Assembly (NCBI GenBank): GCA_963693365.1
Contig: CAVNZM010000012.1
Location: 2,604,001-2,668,000, forward strand
Direction: 5' to 3'
Length of the DNA: 64,000 nt
From: Amoebidium appalachense
Taxonomy: Eukaryota; Protista; Ichthyosporea
This document shows, piece after piece, positions 20,781 through 32,306 of the stretch; the stretch's first letter is position 1, and each line of letters starts with the position of its first letter. The notes beneath the pieces were generated by a model. The model saw nothing but the letters and a program-made list of their open reading frames with translations. It had not been told where the DNA came from and did no database searches. The position numbers and the translations under genes are program-made.

Positions 20781-21518
20781 CCTTGTGTTTGAGGTGTAGC
20801 AACAGCCCAGAAGGAACTGTCACCGCGTTACCCTAGCGCGAAAAACCGCACTAAAAGAAAGGTGTAGCTTGTCGTATCACAATATATGTGTACTAGAGAC
20901 GCGGCACTCTACTAAGTGTACACACACGAAAAGGAACGAACGTGTATAGAAAAACGGTAAAGTTTATTAAGACCAGGCTCCGACGGGCAAACTTAGATCC
21001 GTACGGATTGAGTCTAAGTTACGACTGAGGCCATCAAGGCCGTGCCCTACAAGATCATCATCACCTGGCCCCCTACGATGCCACATTCCGTACATTCCGA
21101 TCTAACTTTATCGTGCGCCTGCACGAGCTAAGTCGATCGGCTCACACAAATATATTTATCTAAGTCTCACCCCTCTCCCTTCCCCTAGTGGCACCGCAGA
21201 GTCTAACTCTACATTTCATACTATCTCCCCCTCCCCCCCTCCCTCCCCCCTTTCCTCTGTCATCGAAATATATAAATACGTTTGGCAGCATACACTATCA
21301 AAACTTGCCAATATTTACAAAGGGCTTCTGCCCGAACAATCACATTCCTAAGTCCTCCTACGATCTATCCTACACACTAATTAGAATTCTATTGGTCGGC
21401 TGTCCCAGCTGACGTGGTCCTGCCCTGCGCCGGCAGAGGCAAGATGATGCACGCAGCTGCACAGCTATCTTGAGGCCCTGGACTTGATCTTGATGATCTG
21501 TGGACCCGGGCCACCCCC

Positions 21519-22101
21519 TGTCATGTGCTGAGCTGATTCGTATTAGTTTACTTCTATATTTTGTGTTTTGGTGAGTTAATTTCGGGGGTTTTCTTGCATA
21601 GTGATGCCGGGGTCTAAATGGGGTATGAGGAGATTAATCAGTGGTATGGGGAGAATCGATGCAGCGGCGGCTGATTGTTTGGTGCGCGCGTGCATGCCCC
21701 ATGCCCTGCGTACTCTCCATGTTAAATGTTGTATTGCTTCTTGCTGTGTGCGTGGCGGACCCATGTTGCCTCTCGGTGTGTGTATGCTTATATGTATTGT
21801 GAGTAAACGTGTGTACGTGTTGTAGTGCTGTAGGGGTGTCTGAGGGCGGAGCCAATGGTGTGGGTGGTGTAGTCTGTGGGGGAGGAGTGTGTGATTGGCT
21901 GAATGTCACTGTGGTATTTGTCTGGCCAGTGGGCCGGTGTCTGTGAAGTGCTGGGGCGCGGGTTGGAAGTTCTTCCAGAACACAAAAAACCCCCTTCCCA
22001 CCCAACTCAAAGAAAAGTTTATACGTATACACGGTTTCGAGCCCCTTTAAGCGTGCAGATAGTTAGAGTAGTTCATATACACTCTGTTTGTTGCCACGAC
22101 A
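21519..22101 (+). mobile_element. Family B LTR in opposite orientation (inversion breakpoint copy)
   Basis: Reverse complement of 19610-20213 with many small deletions. Left flank CCCCC matches the poly-G TSD of the LTR insertion; right flank TATAC matches the TSD of the gag insertion. Confidence 0.85.
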
Positions 22102-22899
22102 TATACGGCCCGGCTCGTCGGCCGATACCTGAGGCCGACCGGCGCCGTACCTTCCGGGCCCAGCTCAGAGAATGGAAGTATACCTTTCCCACTTAGATAT
22201 GTCCCCCGTAGAAGCTCGCATTCTTTGAGAGAGCGGGCTTTGAAGACCGAGAGTGGGACGGAGGAAGGGAAAACGAGCCGGGCCCTGAACACAGACGCAC
22301 GCATGTTTGGGGAGAGATGATGTAGATGAGGTGGTGTGATGTAACGTCACTTGCTGCCAGCAGAGGAAGCAATAAGAGGGATAAAAGGAGGTGAGGAAGA
22401 GACCAGAAAAAGAAGGAGAGGGACAGAAGGGGGAAAAAGAGAAAAAGAGGGTGAACAGCCAGATGCACCACCATGTTGGTCAGCAGGGCCGAGCTCTCCC
22501 AGGCCGTCTCTCTGGCCGAGGGGGCTTCGGCTTCCGGGGTGGCCGGGCGGCGACGGGGGGACACAGCGGTCGTGGCGAGGTGGACGTGGAGGACAACAGC
22601 AGCAGTCACCGAGAGGTTTGCCCCTTATCTGCTCGGTGGGGGAGGGAGAGGGAGGGGGGAAAGGTGGTGAGAGAGGCCGAGGGGGGCAGGGGGAAGGGGG
22701 GGCCGTGGTGCACACGGTGGGCCCCCCAGCATGACCGGGCTCCCGGTATGCTTGCGCCAAGGTTTTGAAGTCCCCCCTGGCCCCTTCTTTGGTGCATGTT
22801 ACTTTTGTGGCCGGCAAGGGCACTCTGCTGCATATTGCCGTAGTTACAAGAGCTATGAGTTCCGGGGGAGGGGGAAGCTGGGGTACTGAGGGAGGGGGG

Positions 22900-25800
22900 G
22901 GACAGTATCGGTCCCCCCCAGGTTGCAGAGAACCTTTACCCTCCCCCACCCCAGGTTAAGCTTCCCTTTGCCCCCTCACCGCCCCGATACGTGTGGGAGC
23001 CGGGCATCGTCGTGGGTCCTCAAGACAGCGTCGAGGTGGTATGGCATGAATGTTTGTGGGGTGACTCTACCAAAGGTATGAATGGTGTGAATGTTTTGGG
23101 GTTGGGGGAGGTTCCCCAGCCACAAGTGGATGGTCTCAGTGTTTCTTGTCCCAACCCGGTGTTTGTTCTAACCACACCGGAGGGGGTTTCTGTGCCATTG
23201 TTTCCGGGAGGGGGGGGGACACACACCATCAGAGTAAAGGGGGAAGGGGGGGGGAAGGCACAGACACGTAGAAACACACCACCACAACAACATACGACGG
23301 TTGCAGACACACCTACACCCATACACACACCCACACATACACCAAACACACACACACCACCCACCCACACACCACAAACACACGCACTCCACCACCACCC
23401 ACATCACATACACACCCTACCCCACCCGTGCAGGCACCACAGGTAGGTATGTTGCACGTAGGTATCGAGGGTGTGAGTCTTCGTGGGCAGGGATTGGGGG
23501 TGAGTGATGATGTGTTGCTTGAATTGGAGGAGGATTTAGTTGGTTCTAGTAGCCGGCATTATATAGACGTATGGTTAGCTGATGGTAAGTTGAAGGCTGT
23601 TCAGTTGCTTTGCTCGATGGAGGGGCTCAGGTTAATTGTGTGCATGCTTCGTTTATTCGTCGTTTTAATCAGGCCGGGGGGGAAATTCCTATTTTAGATG
23701 CTTCTAGCACAGCCTTAGGTAGTGCTAATAGTAGTAGTATGTCTGTGGAAGGTGTTTGTGTGTTGCCGTGCCACGGTGAGATAGGTGGCCAGGCTATGCA
23801 TATTCCTTGTTATGTGGTTAAGGATTTAGCTCAAAGTGTTTTGTTGGGAGCCCCATTTTTCCGTAGACATATGAATGCTTTGTTTGAAAGTACGAATGTT
23901 TTAGAATTGCAGTCCGGCATTAAAATTAAAACCCACGATGGGCTCGACGGTTATCAGTCTGGTGCTAGAACGGTAGCTGAAGTAGTAATCGAGCCTTATC
24001 AGTGCCAAACGGTACGTGTCCGGGCCGGCAATCATGTTAGGATAGGGGATTTAGGGGTTTTTACTCCGAAAACCCCATTTCAGGAGGTGGCCCAATGGAT
24101 GCTTCGCTTATCCAGCAATACCCTTAGTAGGGTATGGCTGGATAAGACGATAGAAATAGATTTAGTGAATCCGGGCATCGAGCCTATAGTGATTAGGTCA
24201 GGTGTTTCCGTCGGTAGTTTCACTAATGAGATTGGTAGTATAGAGGTCTCTCTTATTACCCAAAAGGAGGATGCCGGCTCGAAGGGTGACTCAGGAGGAG
24301 GGGGAACAACTTTATTTAACGTTAGCCACCAAAATGTCACCCGACACAATGGGGGGGGGGACCGGGACAGCACCGGTCCCACTCCCCCGACCCCCACGAG
24401 GAAGGAGGGTCACCCCGGGTGTGAGAATGTGCAGGCAGGGGGGGAGGGTGTTGGTCTAACCCGTGGATCTGACGGGTTAACCAACACCGTGGGGGGCAGG
24501 GTGGCCACAGACCTGGCCCCCCACATACATGCACTAACTCATCAGGAATTGCCCGGGGGCATTGGTGTGCCGGGGGGGGGGGGGGGGGGGGGTGCTAATG
24601 GTGACCGCCTATATCCGGAGGTACCTCAAACTCACCCCGAGCAGCACCGATGTAATACAGGAGGTGAAATGTTAAGTGGCACTCCGGTGAATAAGGATGC
24701 ATCCACTTGTGATGGGGGTAACCCGGAGTTAGTATTGCCGTTTGGTATGAAGGAGGGGGATTGGACGGTAGAACAGAAAAAATTGTTAGCTAAGTTATTT
24801 GATAGGACTCGGTTTGCATTTCTGGCCGATGATAACGAAGTAGGCTTCGTTAAAGGGTTTGAAATGCAGATCGACACAGGTGATAATAGGCCGGTAGTGA
24901 TGCCTAGCTATAGAATGGAGCAGTATAAATTGTCGGATGCGCTAATTATAGTGAGTGATATGTTAAAAAAGGGTCATGTGGAGCATAGTTCGAGTCCGTG
25001 GAGAAGTCCGGTGCTATTGGTTAAGAAGCCCGACGGGTCTTGGCGTCTAGTGAACGATTACAGGGCTCTGAATCGGATCACTAAGGCAGACCAATGGCCT
25101 CTCCCTAACATAGACGAGCAGCTTTCACAGCTGCACCGGCTATACTCACTTTGCTAAACTTGATTTAAAAGCAGCTTTTTGGCAGATAAGGTTGGAGGAG
25201 AGCAGCAAGGAGAAGACTGCCTTTGCACTGGGGGACCAGCTGTTCCAGTACAAGGTGGTGCCGATGGGTTTGCTCTCCTCTCCAGCTATGTTGTGCCGGG
25301 TAATGTATAAAATTCTCCACCCTCATTTGGATGTATGCCACCCTTATTTGGATGATGTTTTAATTAAAGGTAGGTCATTTGAGGAGTTAGTTAATAATTG
25401 TGAAAAAGTATTTTTAGCTTTGGGTGAGTCTGGTCTTCGTATTAGCGGTAGCAAGACTGTGATTGGTGTGCCGGAGGTTAAGTTTTTAGGTCATATTGTG
25501 TCTAGTAATGGTCTTTCCCCTGATCCGGAGAAAATCCGGGCCATAGTTGAGTGGCCCCGTCCTCAGACTGTCACTCAACTAAGGCAATTTTTAGGTTTAA
25601 CTAATTATCTTCGTCGTTATATTAAGGATTATAGTATGCTTGCTTTGCCGTTAACTAGTCAGACGGCGGGGGGAGAAGAAGAATAGAATAGATTGGAATG
25701 TTGATGCTGTTTCTGCTTTCGAAAAGCTTAAGTTAGCTTTGCAGTCTTCGAGTATGCTTGTTCATCCTGATTTTTCGGCCGGGGGGGGGGGGATGTTTAA

Positions 25801-28144
25801 AGTTCGGTGTGATGCAAGTAAGGTTGCTGAGGGGGCCGTGTTATATCAAGTGCAGGAGGGGCAGGATAGAGTGATTGCTTATGCTAGTCGTTCATTTAGT
25901 AAAAGTGAACGTAGATATAGCAATCCGGAGAGAGAGTCCCATGCTATCTTTTGGGCAGTCTCACAGGCATGGCGGTATATACTCGCAGGCAGGACGTTTG
26001 AGGTCTACACCGACCACAAGCCCTGCCTAGCCATGGCCGGCACCACTCGTCTGGTCAACGAGAGGATGCAGAAGTGGGCCGCGGCTCTCGGTGAGTTCTC
26101 CTATAAATTGTTTTATGCCAAGGGTGAAACAATGGTTGACTGTGATGCTCTCTCTCGTGCTGCTTATATTGTGTTTGAAGAAGAGAAGGAGGGGGAGGGG
26201 GGGCTAGTGAGAGACGGGGGGGGGGAGGGGGGGAGGGGGGGGGGGGAGAGTGAGCAGAAAGGAATAGATGCGGTGTCTGTTGATGTGTCTTCTTGGGCTC
26301 CGGGGTTGCTTGCTTATAAGTGTAGGGGAGGGGGGGGGAGGTATTTGTTAGTGTCTGAGGTCGGGACCGAGTCTCATGGCTCGGCCCCTGCCTTAGCACC
26401 TACGGCTTTGATCTTAGCTCAGGAGGAAGATATGTTGATTGGTCTGGTTAAGAAATATTTAAAGGGGCCGGTTGATTCGATTAAATTTAAAAATAAAAGG
26501 CAGATGATTAAGGTAGCTAAGTTAGCAAAAATGTGTCAGGTAGAGCAGGATTTAGTTTATCATTGTTCTGGGCCAGACGGACACCGAGTTTGGGTCCCGA
26601 CGGCACTTGTGCCTGAGGTTTTGCATTTATGGTGCATGAGCATCCCATGGCTGGTCATTTAGGTGTAAATAGGACGTTGCTTCGTGTTAATCGTTCGTAT
26701 TTTTGGCCGGGTATGAGTAGGGAGGTGAGGGATTATGTGTTGTCATGCATGCATTGTCAGGAAAGGAATGAGAGTCCCCACTCTCGTTCCCGCCCGTCGT
26801 TTATTAGGGATTTTAATGTTCGTATGTTTGAAAGGGTAGCAGTGGATGTGGTCGGTCCTTTTAATTCTACGGTTGAGGGTAACACTGTTCTTGTTACCGT
26901 CACCGATGTGGCCACTCGTTGGGTTGAAGTTTTTCCTCTCCCCACTGCTAATGCCGTTTTGTTTGCTCGTATTTTTGTGGATGAAATTTGTCTTAGGTTT
27001 GGTTGTCCTCGTGTTTTGTTAACGGATAGGAGTCGTGTGTTTTTAAATCAGTTGGTGTCGGAGGTATGTAAAATTTTAAGGGTAGCCCATATCACTACGT
27101 CTGCATATCACCCTCAAGCAAATGCCATCTCTGAACGTGTGCATGCCGTGTTTCAGAAGTCCTATGGCAAAATGGTGGATGTGGAGGCTAATGATTGGGA
27201 TCATATGTCTAGGTTTATTGCTCATTCATATAATTCTACCCCTCATGCTGTGACTGGTTTTTCTCCGTTTTATTAAATTGGTCTATGGGCAGGAGGCTAT
27301 TAGTTTGTTAGATACGGCACTTTTGCCGATGGGGGGGGCTGACCGACTAACTTATCCCCACTGGACTGAGTTCCGGGAGCAGCTACTAACCCGGGCCCGG
27401 GCTGCACGTGATGCAGCTCTGGCCCGTACACAGCAGGCACAGACACGTGCAGACGTGTCCACACGTCCGTTACGTGAATTTGCCGAGGGTACTTTAGTTT
27501 TAATTAGGGATCATACTAGGAAAAAGAGATATAAGCAGGAGCAGGAAGGTAAGGGTGAAGGTGAAGGTCTTCGTAAGTATGGTAAGAAATGGTTGCCTCT
27601 TTTCATTGGCCCGTATAAAATAGTGGCTAGGTTAGGTCCAACGGAATATAAGGTGCAGAGGTTAGATAATGAGAGTGATGTTAGATTTTATAATGTAGAT
27701 GATATAAAGGAATATTATGATAGGGCCCTTAGGGTAAAACGGCCGGAGGGCCGTCGAGTGTTAGATGCATTCACCCCCGACTATGACGGGTCGGTGGATG
27801 TATCGGAGGCTGCAGTAGATAAAATTATGGATAAAAAGGTTATCGAAGGTAAGGAAGGTAAGGTAAATTATTATTTAATTCGTTTTGAGGGAGGTTATCA
27901 GGAAGATCAGTGGTTGCCTGAGTTTCATTTGGATTGCCCGTTTTCTATTCGTGCTTATGAGGCTAGATTAGTGCAGAGGGAGTTGCCTAGTGCTCCCTCT
28001 AGGCCGAAGAGAGTTATTCCTCAGTTTAATCGTGGTGTGAAAAAGTCGGTGGGGGGAGGGGGCCGGGGAGGGGGGAGTGATGCAAATACACGTAGACACA
28101 CGGGGGGAGGGGGAGGGGGGGGAGGAGACCGAGGGGGAGTGTGA
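22900..28144 (+). pseudogene. pol: pol of family A: protease, dUTPase-like spacer, RT, RNase H, integrase, chromodomain; at least 5 frameshifts
   Basis: LLDGGAQ (protease); SPWRSPVLLVKKPDGSWRLVNDYRALN and HPYLDD (RT); VRCDAS (RNase H); HEHPMAGH...CMHC, AVDVVG, LLTDRS, NAISER (integrase); GPY motif; VDKIMDKK...YYLIRFEGGYQEDQWLPEFHL (chromodomain). Domain order RT-RH-IN is Gypsy-type. Confidence 0.93.
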
Positions 28145-29065
28145 ACGTAGTCGTAGGAATTTAATTTATTATCATAGGTGTCTCCGTAGGTATCAAGCTT
28201 ATGGTGTAGATTAATTTATTATTTTTCTTCGTAATTTATTTAATTTAAATTTTTTTAGGAGACTGATTAGTCTATGTCTTTTTAGGGGGTGTTAGATGTA
28301 ATGTGACTGAGGTGGGACTCAGCTTTTCCGGGGGCCGGGGGGGGAGTTGACATATACTAATCCGTCTCAGCAGATTAACCTAAGTCTACGATCGAGATCG
28401 GGGGGGGGGGGGGGGGGGGGGTGGCCCGGGTCCACAGATCATCAAGATCAAGTCCAGGGCCTCAAGATAGCTGTGCAGCTGCGTGCATCATCTTGCCTCT
28501 GCCGGCGCAGGGCAGGACCACGTCAGCTGGGACAGCCGACCAATAGAATTCTAATTAGTGTGTAGGATAGATCGTAGGAGGACTTAGGAATGTGATTGTT
28601 CGGGCAGAAGCCCTTTGTAAATATTGGCAAGTTTTGATAGTGTATGCTGCCAAACGTATTTATATATTTCGATGACAGAGGAAAGGGGGGAGGGAGGGGG
28701 GAGGGAGATAGTATGAAATGTAGAGTTAGACTCTGCGGTGCCACTAGGGGAAGGGAGAGGGGTGAGACTTAGATAAATATATTTGTGTGAGCCGATCGAC
28801 TTAGCTCGTGCAGGCGCACGATAAAGTTAGATCGGAATGTACGGAATGTGGCATCGTAGGGGGCCAGGTGATGATGATCTTGTAGGGCACGGCCTTGATG
28901 GCCTCAGTCGTAACTTAGACTCAATCCGTACGGATCTAAGTTTGCCCGTCGGAGCCTGGTCTTAATAAACTTTACCGTTTTTCTATACACGTTCGTTCCT
29001 TTTCGTGTGTGTACACTTAGTAGAGTGCCGCGTCTCTAGTACACATATATTAGGATACGACCCGC

Positions 29066-29298
29066 GCCCAAATTGAGAAGACGTACAACCCCAAGTACGG
29101 CGCCAAGTGGTCCAAGGCTGTTGCGCACGCCAAACAGAAGGAGCGCGGATCCGAGCTGGTTCGCGCATCGGCCAACAAGCAAGCTAGTGAGGGCGGGCCC
29201 GCGGGCCCCTACACGCACGAGGGCGGCCGCGGAGGCTACCCCAACCCCAACAGGACGGCAACAAGTGGCAGTCACTCTACCGGCGCTCCGCGCCAGTA
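29066..29298 (+). pseudogene. 3' part of the YR element gag-like ORF1
   Basis: In frame with 15214-15723 after removing the TSD; ends at TAG ~29296-29298. Confidence 0.6.
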
Positions 29299-29443
29299 GA
29301 GGTCCCTTCGCCTTCCTTCTCCCAGCGACGTACGCTGGGCACTGTACCATAGCGCAGCAATATTCCCCAAAAATTTGGTTTACTTTGAGTTACACTGTTC
29401 TACCGTATTGAGTTTCCACGTTCTTCCATTCGTTGTTTATTAG

Positions 29444-29948
29444 GTCGCTGCGGAAACAGTGCCCCTCTGGGCCTTGAACTTCGCCACCGCGGCGGAGGAC
29501 ACTGTCCTGGTAGTTTCTGCACCTGCCCCTTCCCCAGCACCTGCGGAGCCGCCAAGGTCGACTTCTCCGCCCCCCGGTGCCCCTGAAGGGGTGATTATTT
29601 TGCCCGGTCAAGAAGGTGGTGTGGGGGGCCCAGCTGCGGGGCCCCCGAGGCTCCCACTGTGGATGTACAACCCGCGGCGACGGGGCGTGTTTATGTTTCT
29701 CCCATTGGCGACTCTGGTGCGTGGCGTGCGGCTGTGGTCCAATCTATGCCCCCAACCCTCCGGGCAAATGTGGATGTTTTGATCAGCAACACCCTTGCCG
29801 CCACCACCTGGGAGCGCTACCAGATGGAAATTCGGTTTTACCTTCAGTTTTGTCAAGAGTCCGCCTTCGCCCCTTGGCCCCTCACCGGCACGGTTGCCAC
29901 TGCGTATGTGGCCAAGTTGATGGAGCGAATTTACGCGCCGGCCACGGT
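29444..29948 (+). pseudogene. Tyrosine recombinase N-terminal (core-binding) domain, first fragment; continues at 34514-34611 and 37117-37157
   Basis: Rejoined translation NTLAATTWERYQMEIRFYLQFCQESAFAPWPLTGTVATAYVAKLMERIYAPAT|VVGKLSALRKVHELWGLPYPPPSVMSAFTQGYT|RTHMQRNPDNISKD matches the DIRS/Ngaro YR pattern (T-x3-Y...F-C...P-x-P...T-I-x-x-Y-L-S-A-I...H...G...P...G). The catalytic domain is not seen. Confidence 0.75.
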
Positions 29949-29973
29949 TGTCGTATCCTAAGTGGGGTATTTA

Positions 29974-32260
29974 AAAGGCAGTCTTCTCCTTGCTGCTCTC
30001 CTCCAACCTTATCTGCCAAAAAGCTGCTTTTAAATCAAGTTTAGCAAAGTGAGTATAGCCGTGCAGCTGTGAAAGCTGCTCGTCTATGTTGGGGAGAGGC
30101 CATTGGTCTGCCTTAGTGATCCGATTCAGAGCCCTGTAATCGTTCACTAGACGCCAAGACCCGTCGGGCTTCTTAACCAATAGCACCGGACTTCTCCACG
30201 GACTCGAACTATGCTCCACATGACCCTTTTTTAACATATCACTCACTATTATTAGCGCATCCGACAATTTATACTGCTCCATTCTATAGCTAGGCATCAC
30301 TACCGGCCTATTATCACCTGTGTCGTTCTGCATTTCAAACCCTTTAACGAAGCCTACTTCGTTATCATCGGCCAGAAATGCAAACCGAGTCCTATCAAAT
30401 AACTTAGCTAGCAATTTTTTCTGTTCTACCGTCCAATCCCCCTCCTTCATACCAAACGGCAATACTAACTCCGGGTTACCCCCATCACAAGTGGATGCAT
30501 CCTTATTCACCGGAGTGCCACTTAACATTTCACCTCCTGTATTACATCGGTGCTGCTCGGGGTGAGGTGGAGGTACCTCCGGATATAGGCGGTCACCCTT
30601 AGCACCCCCCCTCCCCCCGGCACACCCATGCCCCCGGGCAATTCCTGATGAGTTAGTGCATGTATGTGGGGGGCCAGGTCTGTGGCCACCCTGCCCCCCA
30701 CGGTGTTGGTTAACCCGTCAGATCCACGGGTTAGACCAACACCCTCCCCCCCTGCCTGCACATTCTCACACCCGGGGTGACCCTCCTTCCTCTTGGGGGT
30801 CGGGGGAGTGGGACCGGTGCTGTCCCGGTCCCCCCCCCCCATCGTGTCGGGTGACATTTTGGTGGCTAACGTTAAATAAAGTTGTTCCCCCTCCTCCTGA
30901 GTCACCCTTCGAGCCGGCATCCTCCTTTTGGGTAATAAGAGAGACCTCTATACTACCAATCTCATTAGTGAAACTACCGACGGAAACACCTGACCTAATC
31001 ACTATAGGCTTGATGCCCGGATTCAGTAATTCTATTTCTATTGTCTTATCCGGCCATACCCTACTAAGGGTCCATCAATGATTGGGCCACCTCCTGAAAT
31101 GGGGTTTTCGGAGTAAAAACCCCTAAATCCCCTATCCTAACATGATTGCCGGCCCGGACACGTACCGTTTGGCACTGATAAGGCTCGATTACTACTTCAG
31201 CTACCGTTCTAGCACCAGACTGATAACCGTCGAGCCCATCATGGGTTTTAATTTTAACGCCGGACTACAATTCTAAAACATTCGTACGTTCAAACAAAGC
31301 ATTCACATGTCTACGGAAAAATGGGGCTCCCAACAAAACACTTTGAGCTAAATCCTTAACCACATAACAAGCAATATGCATAGCCTGGCCACCTATCTCA
31401 CACGGCAACACACAAACACCTTCCACAGACATACTACTATTATTAGCACTACCTAAGGCTGTGCTAGAAGCATCTAAAATAGGAATTTCCCCCCGGCCTG
31501 ATTAAAACGACGAATAAACGAAGCATGCACACAATTAACCTGAGCCCCTCCATCGAGCAAAGCAACAGCCTTCAACTTACCATCAGCTAACCATACGTCT
31601 ATATAATGCCGGCTAAAACCAACTAAATCCTATACCAATTCAAGCAACACATCATCACTCACACCCAATCCCTGCCCCCGAAGACTCACACCCTCGATAC
31701 CTACGTGCAACATACCTACCTGTGGTGCCTGCACGGGTGGGGTGGGGTGTGTATGTGGTGTGGGCGGTGGTGGAGTGTGTGTGTGTGATGTGTGGGTGGG
31801 TGGTGTGTGTGTGTTTGGTGTATGTGTGGGTGTGTGTGTGGGTGTAGGTGTGTCTGCAACCGTTGTATGTTGTTGTGGTGGTGTGTTTCTACGTGTCTGT
31901 GCCTTCCCCCCCTTCCCCCTTTACTCTGATGGTGTGTGTCCCCCCCCTCCCGGAAACAATGGCACAGAAACCCCCTCCGGTGTGGTTAGAATAAACACCG
32001 GGTTGGGACAAGAAACACTGAGACCATCCACTGGTGGCTGGGGAACCTCCCCCAACCACAAAACATTCACACCATTCATACCTTTGGTACTAGTAGAGTC
32101 ACCCCACAAACATTCATGCCATACCACCTCGACGCTGTCTTGAGGACCCACGACGATGCCCGGCTCCCACGCGTATCGGGGCGGTGAGGGGGCAAAGGGA
32201 AGTTTAACCTGGGGTGGGGGAGGGTGAAGGTTCTCTGCAACCTGGGGGGGACCGATACTG
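29974..32260 (-). pseudogene. pol: 5' part of family A pol (linker, protease, start of RT), frameshifted and truncated
   Basis: Closely matches 22900-25225; KLKAVALLDGGAQ is intact at ~31540-31580. Confidence 0.88.
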
Positions 32261-32306
32261 TCCCCCCCCCTCCCTCAGTGACCCCAGCTTCCCCCTCCCC
32301 CGGAAC

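Larger units (their letters stand above)
15724..29060 (+). mobile_element. Gypsy/Ty3 chromodomain LTR retrotransposon (family A, copy 1), rearranged and carrying nested family B
   Basis: 5-bp TSD CCCGC (15719-15723 / 29061-29065). 5' LTR is split into 15724-15823 and an inverted part at 20870-21518. 3' LTR is 28348-29060 (terminal CA missing), preceded by [14 protein letters not shown]. gag and pol remnants lie inside. Confidence 0.92.

Noticed and set aside
23260-23433. CA-rich tract as an obligatory intron between gag and pol
   Set aside because: In copy 2 (~31900-31730) the tract reads in frame into VQAPQVGM, so it can be a coding linker. It is kept only as one alternative in the gag-pol finding.
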